This document shows positions 18,306 to 27,778 of a stretch of 64,000 nucleotides of DNA, piece by piece. Below the pieces are notes generated by a model. The model ran no database searches. It saw only the letters and a program-made list of their open reading frames with translations, and was not told where the DNA came from. This stretch comes from Gemmatimonadota bacterium (GTDB lineage: Bacteria; Gemmatimonadota; Gemmatimonadetes; Gemmatimonadales; GWC2-71-9): the NCBI GenBank assembly GCA_036679645.1, contig JAZDCY010000068.1:1-64000 (forward strand), read 5' to 3'. The stretch's first letter is position 1, and each line of letters begins with the position of its first letter. The translations under genes were made by a program, and so were the position numbers.

Positions 18306-18554
18306 GACACGCAGACGCATAAACGCGCGAGGCGCTAAATCGTTTAATCACATCAGGTTACGTGATTGTGTTACGGCAACGACATTGACCGCCGTCAACC
18401 ACAACCAGCATCGCCACCAAGTTTTTTGGCCACTAGCTCGGCTAGAGCTATAATCGCATTTGCCAGAATAACTTATGTGAGTTACATATAGGGTACTTTT
18501 GAGCGTATAGTGCGGCCCACACACCCTTTTTGTAACCACGATAGGACCCCGCCC

Positions 18555-18788
18555 ATGGAGATCCAAAACGTCAGAGCGCTGGGACAAACGATCCGCCGAC
18601 GGCGGGAATCTGTGGGCCTCACCGCAGCCGAGACGGCCGAGCTCGCGAGAGTCAGCCGACGGTTGCTGCTCGAGTTGGAGCTGGGCAAAAGGGCGAACGT
18701 CGGCTTCTCCAAGGTCCTCAGTATTCTCACCCTGCTGGGGCTCCGGGTTGACGTCGCGCCCCGTGGACTACCGGGCAGCCGTTCATAG
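18555..18788 (+). CDS. hipB: HipB-like XRE HTH antitoxin
   Basis: LGQTIRRRRESVGLT....AELARVSRRLLLELELGK; directly upstream of HipA. Confidence 0.85.
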   Translation: MEIQNVRALGQTIRRRRESVGLTAAETAELARVSRRLLLELELGKRANVGFSKVLSILTLLGLRVDVAPRGLPGSRS

Positions 18789-18797
18789 ACCAGACGA

Positions 18798-20048
18798 ATG
18801 TTTGACGTTTACCTACACGAGAAGTGCGTCGGACTCCTCCAGGCACGTGGTCGTGGACTCAGGTTCACCTACACCCCTCGAGCCTTGGAACTCGATACTC
18901 ATCCGCCGCTCTCGCTGTCCCTGCCAAAACGCGCCAGACCATATGCCGACAGTGAGGCCGGCCCGTTTTTCAGGAACCTCCTTCCTGAGCAGGCCTACAG
19001 AAGACTTGTGGCGACGGCGGCCCGAACCGCTCCGGAGAACAGTCTGCTTCTGCTGGGTGCGATTGGGGGTGAGTGTCCCGGCGCGGTTTCAATCTGGCCC
19101 AAAGACATCCAGCCTCCGACGACGCGTGAATATGAAGCGCTCACTGATGCCAGGTTGAAAGATCTGTTCTCACGACAATCGCGTGCCCCTCTCGCTACTG
19201 CCGTCACACGTGGTCGACTCTCCCTGCCAGGCGTCCAGGAGAAGATTGCGTTACTGAGAAGAGACGACACATGGCATCTGCCGCTGAAGGGTGCTGTTAC
19301 CAGCCACATTCTGAAGCAGGCTACGGAGGCTTTCCGTTTCCTCCTGGAGAACGAGTTGTTCTGCATGTCGCTCGCGTCCCGCACCGGATTGGATGTTCCC
19401 GACATTAGCTTGGCGACCCCGGATGTCAGAGTGTTTTGTACCGAGCGCTTCGATCGTGTGCGACCGACGGTCGAAGCGGACCCACCCATCGAGAAGCTTC
19501 ACCAAGAGGATTTCTGTCAGATCCTGAGGGTCGATCCCCAAAACAAATACGAACGAGATGGTGGACCAGGAATTCGCACCTGCTCGGAGGTTATCCGGCG
19601 GTATTCCAGCCTGCCCGCAGAGGATCTCATCCGTCTGGCGCGGTGGATTGGTTTCAACTACGTGATTGGCAACGAGGACGCACACGCCAAGAACCTTGCG
19701 CTCCTGTACACTCCGGAGGGGCTACGACTTTCACCACACTACGATCTGGTTAGCACAGAAGTCTATCCGGAACTCGAGCGAAGTCAGTCGATGAAGATCG
19801 GCGGCGCGTGGGATATTCGTAATGTGCAAAGGAACGATTGGGTCAGGTTTGCGAAGAACGTCGGTCTACCCGAGAACAGGGTGCGTGTGCTGCTCCTGGA
19901 AGTTGCTGATCTCACAAAGAGGGCACTGCCGGATGTCACCGCCATGTGCGAGGCGCGCTTTGGTGACTCTCCGATCTACACGCAGATTGCAGATGTCGTC
20001 TCTTTGCGCTCGGACCGGCTACATAGAGAGCTTGCCGCGCAAACATAG
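18798..20048 (+). CDS. hipA: HipA family kinase toxin
   Basis: HipA N-terminal domain (LSLSLP, FF.NLLPE), RLSLPGVQEK, ERFDR, LHQEDFCQ, GNEDAHAKN, YDLVS. Confidence 0.93.
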   Translation: MFDVYLHEKCVGLLQARGRGLRFTYTPRALELDTHPPLSLSLPKRARPYADSEAGPFFRNLLPEQAYRRLVATAARTAPENSLLLLGAIGGECPGAVSIWPKDIQPPTTREYEALTDARLKDLFSRQSRAPLATAVTRGRLSLPGVQEKIALLRRDDTWHLPLKGAVTSHILKQATEAFRFLLENELFCMSLASRTGLDVPDISLATPDVRVFCTERFDRVRPTVEADPPIEKLHQEDFCQILRVDPQNKYERDGGPGIRTCSEVIRRYSSLPAEDLIRLARWIGFNYVIGNEDAHAKNLALLYTPEGLRLSPHYDLVSTEVYPELERSQSMKIGGAWDIRNVQRNDWVRFAKNVGLPENRVRVLLLEVADLTKRALPDVTAMCEARFGDSPIYTQIADVVSLRSDRLHRELAAQT

Positions 20049-20309
20049 GCGTCGGATCCTTCACCACTCGTGCAACGTCGCCCCTAAGGAGAGTGCGTGT
20101 CGCCCTGGTACCTTGGGCGCACGAGCGACGGATTCTTCGTGAAACTCAGTTACCTGTGGCGGGCGTAAGGGCTAAGCTGGCGAGCGGGTGTAAGTGGCGC
20201 AGTTACACCAGCTTACGGATTCATGTCAAGGTGAGGAGTTTTGCTGGTGCAATAGAATATGCCCCTGTTGTTTGGGGGTGATAATTATTGTATCCCATGG
20301 TCGTGTGTG

Positions 20310-20356
20310 GTATAATAGAGTATATCTTATACGCATTAAGATAAACTCTATTATGC
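20310..20356. promoter_or_regulatory. Near-perfect 20-bp inverted repeat over the second hipBA promoter (probable autorepression operator)
   Basis: GTATAATAGAGTATATCTTA-tacgcat-TAAGATAAACTCTATTATGC, 18/20 matches, in an AT-rich patch. Confidence 0.7.
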
Positions 20357-20363
20357 TGGACAT

Positions 20364-20711
20364 GTGATCATGCCACATCGCAACATCAACAAACTCGCCG
20401 CCCCTGCAGCCGTCACCTCCGCCATCCAGCAACTCGGCGCCAACATCACCACCGCCCGCGTGCGACGGGGACTCCGGCAGGAAGATCTGGCCAGAAAGGC
20501 CGGCATTAGCAAAGTCACCATGAATCGCATCGAGGCTGGCGCCCTCGGTACCGGCATCGGTGCGTACACCGCCGTACTCTGGGCCATGGGACTTCACGAT
20601 GCCGTGACGCGGTTGGCCCATCCCGACGACGACGTGGAGGGAACCACCCTGGAGGCTGCCAGACAGCCTGCGCGCGTCGGGATTTCGCGCGAACTGAGCG
20701 ATGACTTCTAA
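20364..20711 (+). CDS. XRE HTH antitoxin of the second Hip-type module
   Basis: LGANITTARVRRGLRQEDLARKAGISKVTMNRIEAG; overlaps the toxin start. Confidence 0.85.
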   Translation: MIMPHRNINKLAAPAAVTSAIQQLGANITTARVRRGLRQEDLARKAGISKVTMNRIEAGALGTGIGAYTAVLWAMGLHDAVTRLAHPDDDVEGTTLEAARQPARVGISRELSDDF

Positions 20712-21960
20712 GGAATGCTTCGTCTACCTCCAGCTCCCGCAGTCGCTCCGTGTCGTGCCCTGCGCTCGGTTCGTTCGGGAGCAAACGCGCGACGGCGCCT
20801 TCATCGGCCGACTGATCTACGGGCGTTCGTTTCTCGGCCGTGAGGATGCCGTCGCCCTCGACCCGTTTCAGCTTCCGCTGAGTCCTCGGGAGTACCGTAC
20901 CGCCAAGCTGAGCGGGATGTTCGGCGTGCTGCGGGACGCCGCGCCCGACGCGTGGGGTCGGAGGGTCATCGAGCACCGGCTGGGTCACCAGGATCTGGAT
21001 GAGTTCGACTACCTAAGGGCGGCGGGTGACGACCGTGCGGGCGCGCTGTCGTTCGGCTCCACGGCGGTGCCACGTCGCCGCCGAACCATCTATCGGTCCG
21101 TCATGCAGCTTGCGGAACTCCAAAGGGCCGCCGCCGCCGTAGAGGAGGACCGACAGGGTGATCCGCTGGCTCAGCACGTTGCCGAGTTGCTTGCCCCGGG
21201 TAGCTCGATGGGTGGAGCGCGGCCTAAGGCCGTAGTCGAGGATGATGCCGGGTTGTGGATTGCCAAGTTCCCAACGAGGGGCGATCGCTGGAACAACGCG
21301 CCCGTCGAAGCGGCGATGCTCGAGTTGGCCTCACGGTGCGGGATTCGCGTCCCGGAAACGAGAATCGAGCGCATCGCCGGCGAGTCCGTCCTGCTCGTCC
21401 GGAGGTTCGATCGGGCGCGCGCAGACGGTGGATACCACCGGCACCGGATGGTTAGCGCCCTCACGGTGCTGGACGCGGAAGAGAGCACAGTGGACCGGCG
21501 AAACTGGTCCTACGTCCTCCTCGCCGATGAGCTGCAACGTTGGTCGACCGACCCGACCCGGGACAAGCACGAGCTGTTCCGGCGGGTCGTGCTCAACGGG
21601 TTGATCTCGAATACCGACGACCATCCACGTAACCACGCGCTCATCGCTCCGGGTAAGGAATGGATGCTCGCACCCGCGTACGATCTCACGCCGAACCCGA
21701 TGCACGCCATCGAACGGCGCGACTTGGCACTTGCGTGCGGCCGCTTCGGTCGAGTAGCCAGGCGGGACAACATCTTGTCCCAGGCACCACGCTTCGGTCT
21801 GTCACCTGAAGATGCGAACGCCGTGATCGATGAGATGCAACAGATCGTCAACACTGATTGGAGAGAGACCGTTCGCGCCGCAGGTGGAAGCGACGCGGAT
21901 GTGGGCGCCGTCGAGAGAGCGTTTGCGTACGAAGGGTTCGAGTATTCGACGGGAGGGTAG
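20701..21960 (+). CDS. HipA-like kinase toxin (second, divergent subfamily)
   Basis: DAAPDAWGR, DRAGAL, GSSMGGARPK, RRFDR, NTDDHPRNH, LAPAYDL. Confidence 0.92.
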   Translation: MTSKECFVYLQLPQSLRVVPCARFVREQTRDGAFIGRLIYGRSFLGREDAVALDPFQLPLSPREYRTAKLSGMFGVLRDAAPDAWGRRVIEHRLGHQDLDEFDYLRAAGDDRAGALSFGSTAVPRRRRTIYRSVMQLAELQRAAAAVEEDRQGDPLAQHVAELLAPGSSMGGARPKAVVEDDAGLWIAKFPTRGDRWNNAPVEAAMLELASRCGIRVPETRIERIAGESVLLVRRFDRARADGGYHRHRMVSALTVLDAEESTVDRRNWSYVLLADELQRWSTDPTRDKHELFRRVVLNGLISNTDDHPRNHALIAPGKEWMLAPAYDLTPNPMHAIERRDLALACGRFGRVARRDNILSQAPRFGLSPEDANAVIDEMQQIVNTDWRETVRAAGGSDADVGAVERAFAYEGFEYSTGG

Positions 21961-21965
21961 CACGT

Positions 21966-22763
21966 TCACAGGTCCCGCTTCTGGAACCGCCAGAACGCGA
22001 TTGCGGTCGTCCCCGCGAATACCGCCAACAGTACCATCACGTTCACGACGCGCGTCTCGCCTCTGATTGCCAGCTCGACCGGCTTGAAGTAGTGGAATGG
22101 GCTCGCCCACTGAGCCCACCGGAGCGCGTTCCACGTGCCGCCGAGGACCTCCAGGAGGTAGAGCGCCAACACCAGACCCACCGATCCGGCGGCTGCCTGG
22201 CCCCGGCGACCGGCCCCCGCGGAGAGCATCAGCGTCATGCCACCGAGGGCCAGCAGCAAAGCGGAGAATGCGACCGCACTCATGACGTAGCGCGTCCACC
22301 GTAGCTCGCCCGCTCCCTGTACCATCGCGAGCCCGACGACGCTTCCCGTCATGAGCGCCGCGGGCAAGAGCACCGCCGCCAAGACCAGTAGGACCAGCAC
22401 GCCGGCGAGGTAATGCATGCGGGGAAGCGGGCGGGCGATCACCAATTCGAGAATGCCCGACTCGCGCTCGCCGGCGGGTATCGTACCGGCAACGACTACG
22501 AACGCGACCGACGCGACGAGCACGGCCGGATGCTGGAACCCAAACGCGACGGCCGCGGGGAATGAGACAAACGCTATCTGGGAGCTGACAAGATTGCGCA
22601 TCGTCTCGGGCAACATCTGGATGATGTCCTGCAACCCGGGGCCGCGGTCGAGCGATGCCACGACTTGGATCAGCATGATCTCGATGCTGGCGAGCCCAAG
22701 CATCAGAACAAGCAGAAGGCGGCGATGGTGCCGAACGTTGCGCGCGACCAACACGGCGATCAT
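21966..22763 (-). CDS. ABC-2 type transporter permease
   Basis: Six hydrophobic segments, GERESGILELVIARPLPR, SPFHY, F.KRDL terminus. Confidence 0.88.
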   Translation of the reverse strand: MIAVLVARNVRHHRRLLLVLMLGLASIEIMLIQVVASLDRGPGLQDIIQMLPETMRNLVSSQIAFVSFPAAVAFGFQHPAVLVASVAFVVVAGTIPAGERESGILELVIARPLPRMHYLAGVLVLLVLAAVLLPAALMTGSVVGLAMVQGAGELRWTRYVMSAVAFSALLLALGGMTLMLSAGAGRRGQAAAGSVGLVLALYLLEVLGGTWNALRWAQWASPFHYFKPVELAIRGETRVVNVMVLLAVFAGTTAIAFWRFQKRDL

Positions 22764-23680
22764 CTGTCGTTCCCTTTGTAGTAACGGACGAACGCGTCCT
22801 CGAGGCTCGGCTCGTGAAACGTGAGGGCCCTCACCGAGTGACGGGCCAGCACCCGCAGCAACGGATCCAGCTCGCCGGTGATGCTGAGCTCGGCCTCGGC
22901 TCCCTCCGCCCGCAGCACCCGGACACCGGGCACGTTCAACTCATCCACCGGTGCGGTGCCATTGAACCGCACCGTCATTGTCCGCACCGCCGCGCGGCGC
23001 ATCTCGTCGATCCGCTCGACGGCCACCAGCCGTCCCTCGCGCAGGATCGCCACGCGCGTGCAGGTCCGGTCGACCTCGGTCAACACATGGGAGGAGTGAA
23101 ACACTGTGCGGCCGGCGCGGCTCGTCTCTGACAGCAGCTCGAAGACCGATTCCCGCACCAGCGGATCGAGCCCCGTGGTCGGCTCGTCGAGAATGAGCAG
23201 ATCGGGATCATGCTGGAACGCCGATACCAACCCGATCCGCTGTTTCGTGCCGCGCGAATCGTCCCGGATGGGCCGGGCGAGATCGGCGGGCGTCAGATAC
23301 AACCGCTCGCACAGTTCGGCCCGTCGCTGTGGCGCCGCGGGGCGCGCGGTATCGGGACGGAGTGCGTCCAGAAATCGGAGCATCTCGTGCCCCGTCAGCC
23401 GCTCGTCGAGCGACAACTCGCCCGGGAGATAGCCTATTGACGTACGCACCGACGGATCGCGCGGCGAACGACCCAATACGAGGGCCTCGCCGCGGGTGGG
23501 ACGGATCAGGTCCAGCAACAAGCGGATGGTCGTGGTCTTCCCCGCCCCGTTGGGCCCGAGAAAGCCAAAGACTTCGCCTCGTTCCACGATGAGGTCGAGC
23601 GCCTCCACCCCGACCGTGTCGCCATAGTGCTTGGTGAGATCGCGGGCCTCAATCACCGTTTGGGTCATCTCGGTCCCCAT
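22760..23680 (-). CDS. ABC transporter ATP-binding protein
   Basis: GPNGAGKTT, LLILDEPTTGLDP, SSH. Confidence 0.95.
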   Translation of the reverse strand: MGTEMTQTVIEARDLTKHYGDTVGVEALDLIVERGEVFGFLGPNGAGKTTTIRLLLDLIRPTRGEALVLGRSPRDPSVRTSIGYLPGELSLDERLTGHEMLRFLDALRPDTARPAAPQRRAELCERLYLTPADLARPIRDDSRGTKQRIGLVSAFQHDPDLLILDEPTTGLDPLVRESVFELLSETSRAGRTVFHSSHVLTEVDRTCTRVAILREGRLVAVERIDEMRRAAVRTMTVRFNGTAPVDELNVPGVRVLRAEGAEAELSITGELDPLLRVLARHSVRALTFHEPSLEDAFVRYYKGNDR

Positions 23681-23771
23681 CCACCAATATTACCCGGCTG
23701 GTGGACGGGTGCGCCAACACCCTGTCGCGATATCGATAGCACGAGGTGCAATCTGCCGGTAGCTTCTGCGC

Positions 23772-24699
23772 ATGGCTTCCGAGTGGCGTGAATGTCCGCA
23801 GTGCGGGACCCGGATCGATCCCGGGGACACGAGCTGTCGTGTGTGTGGTGCCGCGCCGCCCACGGCGGTCACAGTTGTCAGCGACTCATCGATAGAGCCC
23901 GCGAGCGCTGCGGACCTGGAGCAGCTCACCGTCGAGTTGCGCGAGGCGATCACTCCCGGCATCCAGCTGATCCGCTATCTCGCCTCCGGCGGTATGGGCG
24001 CGGTGTTCCTCGGGCGGGATCCCCAACTTCGACGCCTGGTGGTGATCAAGGTGTTGGGGCCGGCGCTCGCGAACGACGACGTGGCCCACGCGCGCTTTCT
24101 CCGCGAGGCGCAGGCGGCGGCGAGCCTCGCCCATCCGCATGTGGTGTCGGTCTATCAGGTTGGCGAACTGCCCCAGTCAGGTGTCCCGTACTTCGTGATG
24201 CAGTACATCGATGGCGTCACGCTACAGGCCCAGATGCAATCGACGGGCGCCTTTGGCGAATCGGAGGCAAAGCGCGTCGTTGGCGAGATCGCTTCGGCGC
24301 TTGCGGCCGCGCACGAACGAGGCCTGATCCATCGCGACATCAAGCCGGCGAATGTGATGCTCGATCGCGAGAGCGGTCGTGCGATCGTGTTGGACTTCGG
24401 AATCGCGGCGGCGGTCGAGCAGGACCGTGCAGGCGAGGACCTCACGCTCACCGCAATCGGGACGATCGTCGGGACGCCCGTGTACATGAGTCCCGAACAG
24501 GCCGTAGGCGGAGCAGTGACACCACAGAGCGACATCTACAGCCTCGGCGTGCTCGCCTTCGAGATGGTGAGTGGGAATCCGCCATTCACCGGCGACACGC
24601 CAATGGAGCTGATTGCGGCCCATGTCAAGGATCCGGCACCACCTATCCGCAAGTTGCGATCCGATCTCGATGCGCAGTTCGCGGACCTCGTCGATCGTT
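23772..24699 (+). pseudogene. Zinc-ribbon Ser/Thr kinase truncated near the end of the kinase domain
   Basis: CPQCG..C..CG, HRDIKPAN, DFG, MSPEQ. Homology stops at '...FADLVDR' before the subdomain XI 'KDP..R', and coding continues in another frame. Confidence 0.75.
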
Positions 24700-25644
24700 C
24701 ACGCGTTGTTGGTGTTGTCGCTGGACCTGCGCCGCGCGGGCACCGACGCGTGGGCCGTAGATACCGTTGGTCTGGACGCCCTTATCGACCGTTATCGCCC
24801 ACCCGATAAAGCGCCGCGGGACATCGCATTCTCGACGCTGATCGGCACGCTTTCCGATTCGCTCCGTGGAGCGTTCGCGCGTGATACCCTCGAACCCATC
24901 GTAGCGCTGTGGCGCCGGCAGGCGGTTGGTGGTGCTCCCCCCACCCTATGGATGTTCAACGAGGACCTGTATGGGTTGCAGGAGATGGTCCGATTTCCCA
25001 CGCGCGGTCCGCCCAAACGTCTCTTGGCGTTGGCGCGCGATTTCGGGCAACGAAACCAACGCGTCGCGGTCCTGGCAGAGGTGAGTGGTCGCCGCCGGGA
25101 GTCGGAACGCCGCGCGCGCGAGATCATCGCCATCGGCCACGATCTTGTCCGTCAGCCGGTACTCCGGATGGCGGAAACCGGATCGGATCTCGTGCGCGAC
25201 GGAGCGGAGGCATTGCAGTGGATCGGCGGAGTGCGCGATGACGCCGCGTTGCGGGACGAAGGCGCCCTCTTACTCGCGACGTTCGACTCGGCATCCGTGA
25301 ATCGCTGGTCCGGGTTCTGGAAACCAAGCGGCAGGGGCTGGACCACGTGGCACAACGGCGGTTCCTTGCTCATGCTGGACCCCGTTTCACCACCGGGACT
25401 CGACGTCGTCGCCGATACCGCGCTCGCCCCGTTCGTACGGTGGGAATTGGTGCGCAGCGTATACACGTCTTATTGCCTCAGCATTCGTGAAATGTGTTTT
25501 GGAGTCGATCCACGACGCCTCGATCTCCTCACGCGTGTCGCGACCGTGACACGGGACTTACCGCACATCGACGCGTACATCGCCCGGCTGGAAGAGGCGA
25601 TGCTAGGTGAGCATCCGTCCTTCACCGAGTGCGCCGATTTTTGA
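24700..25644 (+). pseudogene. Start-less C-terminal region, probably the remainder of the kinase after an internal deletion
   Basis: Long open frame with coding-like composition begins at the point where the kinase frame breaks down. Confidence 0.5.
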
Positions 25645-25708
25645 ACCCGGTGTTGCGTTCGTGTGAAACGGGTTTGGGATGGCTCGCTCGAGTCGGCGCC
25701 TCAGCTCA

Positions 25709-26050
25709 CTAGAACGGCGCCGCGTCATCCTCGCTGTCAGAACCCTCCGGCTCCTCCGGCGTTGGAGGCTTGTCGTCCCCCTTGGCGCGCTCGATCTTCC
25801 AGGCCTTCACATCCGTATACCAGCGGCCGTTGTACTCGCGGCTCTGAATATCGATGTGCGCCGTGATCGTTTCGCCCGATTGAACGGCAAACTTGTCGAT
25901 GCTGTCACCCCATTGAATGATGCAGACGTCCTTGGGGTAATCGCCCGGAGTCCTGAGGATGAACGCCTGTTTCCTCCAAGTCCCGTTCCGTCCGGTTCCG
26001 GTTTCTTCTTCGAGGACGCTGGTGACCTCGCCAGTGATTGTCAGGCTCAT
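25709..26050 (-). CDS. DUF3127 (OB-fold, SSB-like) protein
   Basis: G.WRKQ.FIL...GDYPK..C...WGD.ID; IDIQSREYNGRWYTDVKAWKI; acidic C-tail ending PF. Confidence 0.92.
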   Translation of the reverse strand: MSLTITGEVTSVLEEETGTGRNGTWRKQAFILRTPGDYPKDVCIIQWGDSIDKFAVQSGETITAHIDIQSREYNGRWYTDVKAWKIERAKGDDKPPTPEEPEGSDSEDDAAPF

Positions 26051-26139
26051 GGTATTCTTGCGGTGGAGGGAATCCTTCGCTTCAGCCAACGCGGCCAATA
26101 TGCGCCCCACGCCACGCGACCGTCAAACGCGCTCAAGCG

Positions 26140-27501
26140 CTAATTGTTCGCCAAATCTCGCACGACCTCCGCGACCCCAGCGACTACCCGCGCCATCTTC
26201 TCGTAGTTGAGGCGGTCCGGGGTATCGGTGGATTGGTGGTAGTGCGGATTGCGGAACGGCGCCGTATCTGTAATCATGATCGCCTTGAATCCGTGAATCC
26301 AGAACGGGGCGTGGTCAGACCACCATACGCCTGGAATCTGCTCGGGCGCGGCAACACCCTGCGAGGGGAACCGTGTCGTCCGGCGGAACGTGGCAATGCT
26401 GCGCCGCACGAGGGCCCGTGACGGGAGGTTGCCGACGAATCCAATGAAGTTGCCAACGTCAGGGTAGAACAAATTGAACGGTGGAGGATAGCCCTGACTG
26501 CCCTCCCCCTCCTGATAGAAGCCCACCGTCTCGAGAGAGATCATCGCAACGATATTGTCGTCCTGCTCCGCCGCGCGTGCGGCGTATTGCCAACTCCCCA
26601 TCCACTTGGTGCTGAAGAATGGAGGCTCTTCGTTCACGAACGCAACGAACCTGACCGTACGACCGAGCTGCTCGTCCCGCAGGAGCCGCGCCAACTCGAG
26701 CACGGCTGCCGTACCGCTCGCATTGTCATCTGCTCCCGGAGTGCCCTCGACACTGTCATAGTGCCCACCGACTACCACGATCTCGTCCGGGCGATCACGC
26801 CCGCGAATGGCCCCCTCGATATTTTCGAACGTGCGGCCGCCGTACTCATACGGTTGTCGTGACACTTCGTAGCCCAACGACATGAACGAGCTGTCGACGT
26901 AGTCGGCCGCCACCCTCAAACGGTCCAGCGTGCCATCATTTCGCTCCCCTATCTCGCTCGCCAACGTCCACACCGTTGCTTCCAGCCGAGCCATGCTCAC
27001 TTCCTCGGCTTGCGTGAGCGGGGGAAGTGTGTCGGTGAAAGAGGCGCCAGGCATGGCTATCATGTATACGACCAATGCAGCGAACACGGCGGTGGGCCCG
27101 AGCGTCAACACCAGTATGCGTGCCACGATGCGTTGCCACAGGAGCAGCACGGCGTGGATGATGATCCAGCACGGAATCGCGAACTCGAGAATATTTATGA
27201 ACGCACTGGTCTGGACTGGCTGGCCGGCAATGCTGACCTGAGGAAACACCAAGTGCATGAGAAAGCTGACGACGGCAAATGCGGTCCAGACACCGAGCGG
27301 GTTCCGTACTTCTCGATGCCTGGTGCGCATTGCCTTGCCAAACACCGCATATGCCGTGGCCGCATACAGGACGATGTACACGAGTGTCCACAACGTTAGA
27401 CCGGGGGCACGCAGGGTCACGCCCCACCAGCGAAAGAACGGGACGAGCGAGAATCCCCAGAGGAAGGTGAGCACGGCCGGCTGCAGTACTTTGCGGTCCA
27501 T
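26140..27501 (-). CDS. M28 family peptidase with an N-terminal multi-TM domain
   Basis: GGHYDS, PGADDNASG, NEEPP, SLETVG, SDHAPFW, YHQSTD; about five hydrophobic helices at the N-terminus. Confidence 0.9.
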   Translation of the reverse strand: MDRKVLQPAVLTFLWGFSLVPFFRWWGVTLRAPGLTLWTLVYIVLYAATAYAVFGKAMRTRHREVRNPLGVWTAFAVVSFLMHLVFPQVSIAGQPVQTSAFINILEFAIPCWIIIHAVLLLWQRIVARILVLTLGPTAVFAALVVYMIAMPGASFTDTLPPLTQAEEVSMARLEATVWTLASEIGERNDGTLDRLRVAADYVDSSFMSLGYEVSRQPYEYGGRTFENIEGAIRGRDRPDEIVVVGGHYDSVEGTPGADDNASGTAAVLELARLLRDEQLGRTVRFVAFVNEEPPFFSTKWMGSWQYAARAAEQDDNIVAMISLETVGFYQEGEGSQGYPPPFNLFYPDVGNFIGFVGNLPSRALVRRSIATFRRTTRFPSQGVAAPEQIPGVWWSDHAPFWIHGFKAIMITDTAPFRNPHYHQSTDTPDRLNYEKMARVVAGVAEVVRDLANN

Positions 27502-27649
27502 TGGCCTCTTCAATGGCGACCCGAGCCAGAATACGACTCTCGGGAGCATTTGTCCGTACGAACGGCAATGTCCATCACCACACTTCGCCGTCGGCGTCAA
27601 GCAGACACACGTGTTCTTCCCCCATCACCACCTGCTGGATCGGTTCGTC

Positions 27650-27762
27650 GAGCCGCGAGCTCAAGCCCGCCGCGCAATCTGGGAACTCATCGACGGCATC
27701 CGCGATCGTGGCAAGACCGTCTTTTTGACGACCCACCTGATGGAGGAGGCCGAGCGCCTGTG
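27650..27762 (+). pseudogene. Internal fragment of an ABC ATPase
   Basis: QARRAIWELIDGIRDRGKTVFLTTHLMEEAERLC (H-loop region) with no Walker A motif. Confidence 0.75.
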
Positions 27763-27778
27763 CGAATCGACGGCCGCT

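Noticed and set aside
20128..20232. IS1380-like terminal sequences (CGGATTCTTCGTGAAA, CGGATTCATGTCAAG)
   Set aside because: Short, in the same orientation, and with no transposase; insufficient support.
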